From a bacterium (candidate division B38) B3_B38 (GTDB taxonomy: Bacteria > Acidobacteriota > B3-B38 > Guanabaribacteriales > B3-B38): DNA of 60,843 nucleotides. The stretch covers positions 1 through 60,843 of the forward strand of contig NJBL01000003.1 of assembly GCA_005223145.1 (NCBI GenBank). Direction: 5' to 3'. The translations under genes and the position numbers were made by a program. Below are positions 1-7,661 of this stretch, one piece after another. How positions within the stretch are numbered: the first letter of the stretch is position 1; each line of letters starts with the position of its first letter. The notes under the pieces are model-generated. The model worked only from the letters and a program-made list of their open reading frames with translations, was not told the origin of the DNA and ran no database searches.

Positions 1-23
1 TACCCTAATAAATCGGTTTTTGT

Positions 24-641
24 TTAAAACCGATAGCTTAATCCTAATGTCAGTCTTCTAGTCATTAACTCATCTGGCGGATTATGAATTTTATATAATA
101 TCCTTAACGCCCAGTCCTCTTTTATATATAGCTTATAGCCGACACCAAAGCCAATTTGATAGTGAAGCTGCCCATAACCATATTTATACTGTTCCAGAGT
201 TTTAAGGTGAATATCAGTGGCTTGCATACGGTCATACATATAACCTGTGCCTATGGTGAAATATAATCCCTCAGCTCTCTTAAGCTCTGATAGTTTAAGA
301 TAGAACAAAAAATTGATATCCCAAAGGAGACGATACTTGTCTTGTGCCATACTAAATATTTCAGTCCAGTCCCAGGGCGCCTGCTTAATTTTATTGCGTG
401 GAATGTTTACAAATGCTATGTGCGGAAGATAGTTGATTTCAACATCAACACTTACACGGGGGCTAAGGAAATACTCCAGACCCAGCCCAACGAAGAGCAT
501 ATAAAAATGCTGTACTGTTCCTAAATAACCGGTTATCTCCAGCCTCTTATCATCCTCCTTCTCCTGGGCAGAAAGGTCAACCGCAAAGGAAGAGAGACAT
601 ATAGATACAGCTATTATGGTAATTAATATCCTATAGAACAT
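24..641 (-). CDS. Outer-membrane beta-barrel protein (OmpA/porin-like family)
   Basis: 205 aa. It has a signal-peptide-like N-terminus, alternating hydrophobic strands (GLGLEYF, IGFGVGYKLY) and a C-terminal Phe (LGLSYRF), typical of OM barrels. Confidence 0.75.
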   Translation of the reverse strand: MFYRILITIIAVSICLSSFAVDLSAQEKEDDKRLEITGYLGTVQHFYMLFVGLGLEYFLSPRVSVDVEINYLPHIAFVNIPRNKIKQAPWDWTEIFSMAQDKYRLLWDINFLFYLKLSELKRAEGLYFTIGTGYMYDRMQATDIHLKTLEQYKYGYGQLHYQIGFGVGYKLYIKEDWALRILYKIHNPPDELMTRRLTLGLSYRF

Positions 642-717
642 TTTTAAATATTATAACCAGTTTTTAACATTAAATCAATATATTTTCTGATATCTATTTT
701 ATCACCTCGGCAAAGGC

Positions 718-771
718 ATGATTCTTGGCTGCAGGCGAATCCGCCTAACATTCGGGTGGTCTGCAGATCAT
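718..771. repeat. Imperfect intergenic inverted repeat
   Basis: Nested complementary blocks ATGAT/ATCAT, CTGCAG/CTGCAG and CGAAT/ATTCG surround a 9-nt loop. Confidence 0.45.
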
Positions 772-890
772 TGTTTATAGAAAATCAGCATCCCGCAGAA
801 AAGCATCATAACATCACTGCTGGTATGAGACCGCTCACCAAGCTCAAAGGACAAACCTTATAAGGGACCTTAATCGGATAATAGCAAGTA

Positions 891-1826
891 TCACTTCTTC
901 ACCAGAGTAATATCCATATTGGTCAGCTTTTCTCCCGGCTTAAGAGCCAAAACTCCCAGAGAGCAGGGCTGGTAATCGGGATGGTGGACTTCTATGAGAA
1001 GCTTTTTGTCTGGATTGATATTTCTGATGAAGAAAACACCATCACCCCCGGTGGTCTTTCTCCCGCTGTGCCAGTCTATTCGCAGAGAAGATTTTATCTC
1101 ATCAATGTAGGTAAGCTTTATCTCAGCACCGGCTATTGGTATGTTGGATTCGTCCCTTACTACACCCTCTATTTCCACTGCCTGAGGAAGCGATATAAAG
1201 AGGTTTCCCACCAACTCGCCCATTTTCACATCAAGCTGCTGAACCTGGCACCCATATCCACTGGCTCTGATAATGACCTCTTTGGCTCCCTCATTCAGCT
1301 GCCGGGCTTCGAAGGACCCATCCTCATCGCTCACCACGGTCTTAATCTCTACACCGGAGTCAGTCCTCTCGGTAATGGTGATGTTGGCATCCTGGATGTG
1401 GATACCGCTCTGCTCGTCGGTTACCATTCCCCTGATGATAGCCTCAGGCTGGAGATGGAAATCCTTGGTAATCCTGTCTGATTTGGCAAATCTTACCACA
1501 CACCTTTTCACGGCATACCCTTCGGCTTTAATGGTGAGGATGACCACATCGTAGAGGGAAGTTATCTCAAAGGAGCCCGAGGAATCGGTAGATACGGGCA
1601 GGGTGACAAGCTCATCATCCTCAGCGGCACTGCCGGGCTCTATCTCTATTACCGCTTTTTCTATGGGAGCACCACTGCGGGCATCATATACCTTACCCGA
1701 AATGGTCCCTCTGCTTTGCCAGGAGGATGCGGATTCCCCTAATGACAATGCCAGGGGGATTAAAATCACCAGACTCCACAGCATTGCATAAGATAAATTT
1801 GAAGTGAAGATAGCTTTTCTTCGCAA
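891..1826 (-). CDS. Secreted protein with tandem carboxypeptidase-regulatory-like (Cna-B/transthyretin-like) domains
   Basis: 311 aa with a signal peptide and three repeats of the pattern I(S/R/E)GxVxD...PIxxAxI...xTxxDGxF. The TTG start has an AGGAGG RBS. Confidence 0.8.
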   Translation of the reverse strand: MRRKAIFTSNLSYAMLWSLVILIPLALSLGESASSWQSRGTISGKVYDARSGAPIEKAVIEIEPGSAAEDDELVTLPVSTDSSGSFEITSLYDVVILTIKAEGYAVKRCVVRFAKSDRITKDFHLQPEAIIRGMVTDEQSGIHIQDANITITERTDSGVEIKTVVSDEDGSFEARQLNEGAKEVIIRASGYGCQVQQLDVKMGELVGNLFISLPQAVEIEGVVRDESNIPIAGAEIKLTYIDEIKSSLRIDWHSGRKTTGGDGVFFIRNINPDKKLLIEVHHPDYQPCSLGVLALKPGEKLTNMDITLVKK

Positions 1827-1883
1827 TTTAACTCGCCTCCTTTTTTAACAAAACTTACCCCATCTTAATTTAAAATATTATTC

Positions 1884-2648
1884 TTATGGTATACCTTCTT
1901 CCCACTTGAGCTCTGCACCATATACTTTTAATCTGATTTTTGCGTCTAATATATGACCACTATCCCAGGCTGTTGGATTCTTCCATTCCGTGATCGCTGG
2001 ATTACAGCTACCATAGATGCAATCCAATATTATACTGCAGTCGGGGTAAGTCATTTTTTCTATATAATCATCTGTACCTGGCCAGTCTAGTTCCCAGGCC
2101 TCCATACGATTTCCACTTATGGTGAAGACCTCACCGTCAAGAGCCCTTCACCCATCATCCCATTCTTCTCGATCAATATCAATACCACGATGTCCACCTC
2201 CATATGTATTTATCCCCTTCGATGTCTTCTGTTGCCAGCACATACCCCAAGGATCCGCATCATAATTATAATATTCGTCGCATTCTGATGGGGGTCCATA
2301 TATATGATGTTTTACAGTGCAACTATTCCAATCCCAATGATGCCATGTACTATTCCAATGCCACCCCTGAAATTGATGATCATCCCATTTATCCTGTATA
2401 TTAGATCTTATACCCCAATTCCCAAAGGGCGCAGTATGACAAAGGGGCCCATCTGGCCATGGCCAACATTCATCTCCACATTCTGCTTCTAAATCATCTC
2501 CATAACAATATCTGTCTTGGTTCTCCATTGAAAAAGACACATCGCAGTAAGGTCGCATAAGCGCAGAGGATGAATTTTTATAGTAGAAAATGGATAGAAA
2601 AGCGATGGCCAACCCACCAATTACCATTGCTTTGGTTAAACTTTTCAT
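1884..2648 (-). CDS. Secreted Cys/Trp-rich protein with one in-frame TGA (candidate selenoprotein, 254 aa if read through)
   Basis: ORFs 2148..2648 and 1884..2105 share a frame. The only interruption is TGA at 2148-2150, and the 14 intervening codons (RALDGEVFTISGNR) are open. There is an AAGGAGG RBS before ATG 2648 and an N-terminal signal peptide. Confidence 0.75.
2116..2147 (-). promoter_or_regulatory. Candidate bacterial SECIS hairpin
   Basis: After the UGA comes AGGGCU then CUUG-AC-GGUGA-[GGUCU]-UCACC-A-UAAG. The apical loop begins 17 nt after the UGA and starts with G. Confidence 0.55.
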
Positions 2649-2749
2649 CTTAGCCTCCTTTCTTTAGAAATAACTATCCTTATTTATGTTATAAAATTTC
2701 TTATTTAATATATGCTACTGAAATATTGCTTTATTTTATACTTATATTG

Positions 2750-3124
2750 CTATTTGATATTATTTTGTTGTATTTTTCTATATTTTGAGGGAGCCACGCC
2801 TGCTATTTTTTTAAAGGTTCTATTAAAGTTTGAAATGTTAGTAAAACCTACTTCAAAGCAAATCTCCGTGATACTAAAAAACGTTTTCCGTAATAGCTCT
2901 TTCGCCTTCTCTATTCTTATATTATTAACATATTCCATGACAGTTTGACCAGTCAAGGTCTTGAATACTCTGCAAAAGTGATGTTTACTCAAACAGGCTC
3001 TTTTTGCAATTTCACCAAGATATAGCTTCCTTGTATAATTATTTTCAATATATTTATACACATCTTTCAGGAAGGAAGGCCAATATTTCCTATCTAGGTC
3101 TTTTATTAATCTATAAGCATTCAT
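2750..3124 (-). CDS. AraC-family transcriptional regulator (DNA-binding domain only)
   Basis: Motifs LGEIAKRACLSKHHFCRVFK and SITEICFEVGFTNISNFNRTFKKIAGVAPSKYR. It is 124 aa with no N-terminal sensor domain. Confidence 0.85.
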   Translation of the reverse strand: MNAYRLIKDLDRKYWPSFLKDVYKYIENNYTRKLYLGEIAKRACLSKHHFCRVFKTLTGQTVMEYVNNIRIEKAKELLRKTFFSITEICFEVGFTNISNFNRTFKKIAGVAPSKYRKIQQNNIK

Positions 3125-3625
3125 GAGAAAAATGGTTATATAGAATGGTTATGGGAGTTAATTCTTCTATTTAACTGTTAAAGGCTTTGGAACCTAGCAG
3201 GATTCTTTTATATGAGATTTCAAACCATATAGCTGCGCAAATCTGAGGCGGGGATAGAAATTTGCTGCTTCCTTGGCTTACAATGATTTTCTCTTCTTGG
3301 TTTGATTTTCACCAGGTGAGCGCTGATTATTCCCCGGTTTTTCAAGCTCGCAATAATCTTAATAATATACACTCATAACAAAAGCTCTTACCACCGATTT
3401 ACTCTTATAATAACTTGCCTTTTATTTTATATTTCTTCTATTCACCCCCTGTGTAAAAGGAATATAAATATTAACAATACATATTCCCATCACCAATAAT
3501 CTTAAACGACATATTAAGCATTTATTACAACTTTATTATCTTAATTTCAAAATATATATCGGGAAATGTCAATTATTTTTTTTGAAACCCTAAAGAGCAA
3601 ATGGAATCTACTTTTTTATCTTCCT

Positions 3626-3850
3626 CTACCATTCAATGCTCATGCGGGAGGTAAGGAAGTATTCCAGCCCCACGCCAAAGCCGAGCACATCAAAAGCAGA
3701 GCCCTGCCCACCTTCGGTGGCTTGCCCCCCTGTTCCGAAATAACCGCTTATCTCCAATCTCTTATCATCCTTCTTCTCCTGGGGAGATAGGTCATCCCCA
3801 TAGCATAGGAGAACAATACTTATACTTAATATGGCTATTAAAGACTTCAT
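3626..3850 (-). pseudogene. Truncated paralog of the OM beta-barrel gene at 24..641
   Basis: From ATG 3850, DLSPQEKKDDKRLEISGYFGT...GVGLEYFLTSRMSIEW* aligns with DLSAQEKEDDKRLEITGYLGT...GLGLEYFLSPRVSVDV. A TAG follows after 74 aa, then further stops. Confidence 0.7.
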
Positions 3851-4319
3851 AGAGGCTATGGCTCCATTAAAGCCGATTTCCCTTTTAACCGCCTCCTTAG
3901 AGTTGAGCGGATTCAGTGTGACAACAAATTTATTTTTTATCAAGAGAAGAATGCAATGAGATGGCATTTTGATAATGAGCAAGATTAACACAATACGCAG
4001 AGTGCTACTTTTCTGCCATTTTTCTCTCTTTGATAAATAATTGAACAAGGCAGGCAGACCATAGATATTTATTTATTGGGTAGAATTCCTTGTGCTAAAC
4101 TTATTAAAAAATTGCTAGATAATTTTTTTTGAGCAAGTTGGTGAAAGATCAAACAAAAATAGGAAAAAATGAAAGAATGAAGGATAAGAGAGCTTCTTTT
4201 TCAATAATTAAAAGCTATCTGTATTTCACATTAAAATGACCCTTTAATTTGCTATGCTTTAAGGTTATTGAAGATAGCATTTTAGTCGCAGAAGCCTTAA
4301 ATTTCTTTTTTATCCTCTT

Positions 4320-5618
4320 TTAGAGTAGGGGGGCAATTTTTTCCGCAGTTTCTTTGCCATCGAGAATAGCGTCTTCCATGGAGGAATATTTCCATCCCCC
4401 AAATCTTCCGATAGAAAAAATCCGGTTTCGCTGCAAGAACTGATGAATGAGCCTGACATTCTTCCGGTAGGTGTGGTCGTATATCACATAGGCATACTTT
4501 ATGTCAAAGACCTGTTCGGCGATGACCTCTTTGGGGCTTTTAAGGATACCTGCTCGTTGCAGGTCTTCTTTCACTTTGTTGACAATGGTCAGCTTATCCA
4601 CAGGTCGGGAAGGGGAATAAGATACCTCGGTGTACACAGAGCTTGCCCGGGGTGGGACCATATGTGGAGAGAAGTTAGCCGGGAAGCCCACCCGATAGAA
4701 GGAGAATTCTTTTTCGGGGAAATATACCCAGTGCTTATCGCTGAGATTCTTTCGGCTGATGCCAAAGTTTATGTTATAAACGGAGCAAAACCTCAGCTCT
4801 GCTGCTGCTCGCTCCAGGCTATCGGGGAAAGGGTTGAGCATCCTTATGAGTTCGGGGAGTGGTATGGCGGAGATGAGATAGTTGTAAGGGGCTTCCGCAC
4901 CGTTGGCAAATCTGATGAGCCGCCGCTTCCAGTCAATAGCCTCCGCCCGGTAGCCGGTATGGATTGGTTTAACACCTTTAGCCATGGCTCTGACCAGAGC
5001 CTCAATGCCCCCTCGGCGAGGGTAGAAGAACTCGGCATTATACCCGAAGGGTTTCTCCTGGTCGGTCAAAGCCCCCATTACAACGTCTTTGAGCGATGGG
5101 CGGGGGACATAGGGACTTAGCCATTCGGTGGTGAGCTCCCTGGGGGGCAAGGTCCACATTTTTTCATTATAGGGGAGCATAAAGTGAGCGGCGATGCCTC
5201 GCCCGAAATTTCGCAGAATCCAATCTTCAAAGTTTTTATACCTGGTGCTGGCGGTTATATGGTATCTCTTTTTCGCTTCAATAAAGCCCAGCAGGCAGTC
5301 GGTTGCCACCTCGACGGGTAAGCCGTAAGTATTAGCCTGGAAGGGATAGCGGGTATAACGCCCTTTGGAATAGACCCAGGCTCTTCGTCTATGGGCGATC
5401 AGGTTCCCTTTAAGGAGCCTGTGCACCAGTTTGCGGACATAGTCATTTCTGAAGTGGAGCAGATGCCCACTGCGATCAAAAAGGAAGCTCTCAAGCTGGT
5501 CGCTTCTGCATAAGCCTCCAGGGCGCACCTCCTTTTCGTAAAGGGTGTATCCCCCTCTGAGGTGATAGGCAACGCTAAGCCCTGCCAGTCCTCCACCCAA
5601 GATAATCAGAGGAGCCAT
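4320..5618 (-). CDS. FAD-dependent oxidoreductase (protoporphyrinogen oxidase/UDP-galactopyranose mutase-like)
   Basis: N-terminal GGGLAGLS FAD motif, EKEVRPGGLCRS, FDRSGHLLH and a C-terminal GRFGGWKY. Confidence 0.85.
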   Translation of the reverse strand: MAPLIILGGGLAGLSVAYHLRGGYTLYEKEVRPGGLCRSDQLESFLFDRSGHLLHFRNDYVRKLVHRLLKGNLIAHRRRAWVYSKGRYTRYPFQANTYGLPVEVATDCLLGFIEAKKRYHITASTRYKNFEDWILRNFGRGIAAHFMLPYNEKMWTLPPRELTTEWLSPYVPRPSLKDVVMGALTDQEKPFGYNAEFFYPRRGGIEALVRAMAKGVKPIHTGYRAEAIDWKRRLIRFANGAEAPYNYLISAIPLPELIRMLNPFPDSLERAAAELRFCSVYNINFGISRKNLSDKHWVYFPEKEFSFYRVGFPANFSPHMVPPRASSVYTEVSYSPSRPVDKLTIVNKVKEDLQRAGILKSPKEVIAEQVFDIKYAYVIYDHTYRKNVRLIHQFLQRNRIFSIGRFGGWKYSSMEDAILDGKETAEKIAPLL

Positions 5619-5755
5619 TTTCGCGGACCTTTCTCTTTATAGCTTTAAGGCAATCAAAACTATTTTGTATTATACCAGAAGATAGCGGATTAGCCATTAA
5701 AAAGGTGTTGTAATTTTGGCAAGGGAGTGGTAAAGTTATGTTTTAAAAGAGGGGT

Positions 5756-6751
5756 ATGGTCTTTATGGTCTCTAAGGATGAGAGGAACAATCGGATTATA
5801 GAAGAAGCGAAGAAGGTTCTCTCTATTGAATACCAGGTAGTCCGTTCGCTGATTAGCAAAATAGACGAGAGTTTTGTGCGGGCCATAGATATACTTTACA
5901 ATTGTGAAGGAAGAATCATTGTCACCGGGATGGGCAAATCGGGACTTATAGGTAAGAAGATTTCTTCCACCTTCTCCAGCACTGGTACACCCACCTTCTT
6001 CCTGCATCCGGCTGAGGGGGGGCACGGAGATATCGGCGTTGTAACTGCCGACGATGTGGTGATTGCTATATCTCACAGCGGAAACACCGAAGAGGTGATG
6101 TCTCTGCTACCTTTCTTTAAGAGATTTGGCATTAAGGTCATCGCCATCACCGGAGATCCTGACTCCATCCTGGCGAAAAACAGCGATGTATGCCTCGATG
6201 TGGGGGTGGAAAAAGAGGCATGTCCTCTGGGGATAACCCCTACCGCGAGCACTACCGCCACGCTTGTTATGGGGGATGCTTTGGCTATGGTGTTGTTGAA
6301 GCTGAGAGGGTTCAAAAAGGAAGACTTCGCCCTGTTCCACCCGGCAGGGAGCCTGGGCAAGAGGCTCCTTCTGCGGGTGGGCGACCTGATGCATCGCAGT
6401 TCGGAGAACCCCGTTGTCAACTATAAAGTTTCTTTGAAGGAGGCTATCTACGAGATGACCTCCAAGGGGCTGGGGATGACATCGGTGGTCGACGATCAGA
6501 ATCGCCTGGTGGGTATTGTAACCGATGGAGACCTGCGCCGCATTCTGGAGAGGGAGAAGGACCCCCTCAATATCCCGGTGGGTAAGTTGATGATCCGAAA
6601 TCCTAAGGTAATCGGGGAGGATGTTCTGGCTGCCGAAGCTCTCAGGGTTATGGAGTATCACTCCATTACCTCTCTTATTGTCATCGACGATGAGAATCGC
6701 CCCTATGGGACCCTCCATTTGCACGATATACTGAAAGCGGGCATCGCCTGA
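5756..6751 (+). CDS. kdsD: Arabinose-5-phosphate isomerase (KpsF/GutQ family, SIS + CBS)
   Basis: Motifs VTGMGKSG, HPAEGGHGD, PTASTT and FHPAGSLG, plus a C-terminal CBS pair. Confidence 0.92.
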   Translation: MVFMVSKDERNNRIIEEAKKVLSIEYQVVRSLISKIDESFVRAIDILYNCEGRIIVTGMGKSGLIGKKISSTFSSTGTPTFFLHPAEGGHGDIGVVTADDVVIAISHSGNTEEVMSLLPFFKRFGIKVIAITGDPDSILAKNSDVCLDVGVEKEACPLGITPTASTTATLVMGDALAMVLLKLRGFKKEDFALFHPAGSLGKRLLLRVGDLMHRSSENPVVNYKVSLKEAIYEMTSKGLGMTSVVDDQNRLVGIVTDGDLRRILEREKDPLNIPVGKLMIRNPKVIGEDVLAAEALRVMEYHSITSLIVIDDENRPYGTLHLHDILKAGIA

Positions 6752-6965
6752 CGCCTATTCATTATTTAAGAGGTTCCTCATTTGCTTCGCTGACAGCGTT
6801 GAAATGCCACAAAGGGAAGCTTTCGGCTTTTGTCCCACAGGGTTGCTTTCTTTAGCTCAGGACAGAAGGGAACCCCCTTTATTTTGGTGTAAGATAAATT
6901 ACAGAAAACCGTATATTAAAATGTTAAAAGATAAGCACTTAAACATCTCGTCTCGCCTCCTGATT

Positions 6966-7012
6966 AGCCAATCGGGGAGGGTTTCGACCCACTCCGATTG
7001 GCTTCCTTTTTT
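6966..7012 (+). terminator. Intrinsic terminator-like hairpin
   Basis: AGCCAATCGG...GGGT-TTCG-ACCC...CCGATTGGCT followed by a T run. Confidence 0.7.
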
Positions 7013-7055
7013 ATGCCTCTTTTCCCGGGTTAAATAGGAGCAGGGGAGTGAGTAT

Positions 7056-7095
7056 AAATAAAAGGGCTGGCCAAGCCAACCCTCTTAGCCAGCCC
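7056..7095 (-). terminator. Intrinsic terminator (minus strand)
   Basis: An 8-bp GGGCTGGC/GCCAGCCC stem, extended by TAAG/CTTG, is followed by TTTTATTT on the minus strand. Confidence 0.75.
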
Positions 7096-7166
7096 AGGGT
7101 AAAGGGAGGTGATGTTAGGGTAATTAGAGGTATGGGGCTGGAAAAATCATTGCATTAACCTCATCA
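7056..7166 (-). ncRNA. Candidate sigma54-dependent small RNA with anti-Shine-Dalgarno motif
   Basis: It lies between a -24/-12 promoter match and a terminator. It contains ATCACCTCCCTTT (7101-7113 minus) directly before the terminator, and I found no plausible ORF. Confidence 0.5.
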
Positions 7167-7175
7167 AATATAAAT

Positions 7176-7192
7176 AAGCATAATTTATGCCA
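7176..7192 (-). promoter_or_regulatory. Sigma54 (-24/-12) promoter candidate
   Basis: TGGCATAAATTATGCTT, with GG (7191-7190) and GC (7179-7178) at canonical spacing. Confidence 0.6.
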
Positions 7193-7661
7193 TAAAGTCT
7201 CCCTTGAATCCGACTTCCTTAGCTTACTATTCATATGATGCTCTAAAAATTTAAGGTTACACGCTTAGCACATTCTCCCTTCTATTTATTTAGACGCTCT
7301 ATGAGGTAAAAGAGTTCCCTAAAATGTCCTCTTTTAGGGAAAGAAGTACTATAAAGATGCCACTATTCATTGTAAAAAATAAGCATTGTGGTAGGATATA
7401 AAGAGCGAAGAGGTTATTAATATCCATTCTCACCTTTTGCTTCAGGATGGGAGGAAGGAGAATAAAACTATAGCATAGAGAAGGGTTAAATTTTCCTTGA
7501 TTTTTTGCGTAATCTGGTATACATTATTTGAGATTTCTGGTGAATCAGATTCTTCTAATAACAAGAACTATGGAAGGAGGGTATTTATAGTATAATAAGG
7601 CTATCCAGGATAATGGTAACTTTATTGGTGAGTTTATCCGTATTAAGAGAGGAGAGGGACG

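Noticed and set aside
4443-5120. Long antisense or alternate-frame ORFs (e.g. 4443..5120, 6107..6724, 23335..24057, 36208..36810, 50487..51230)
   Set aside because: They shadow well-supported genes and have no motifs or RBS. They are typical antisense open frames.
7101-7123. Small plus-strand ORF behind a strong GGAGGTG RBS
   Set aside because: It reads ATG TTA GGG TAA (three codons). The motif is better explained as an anti-SD on the minus strand.
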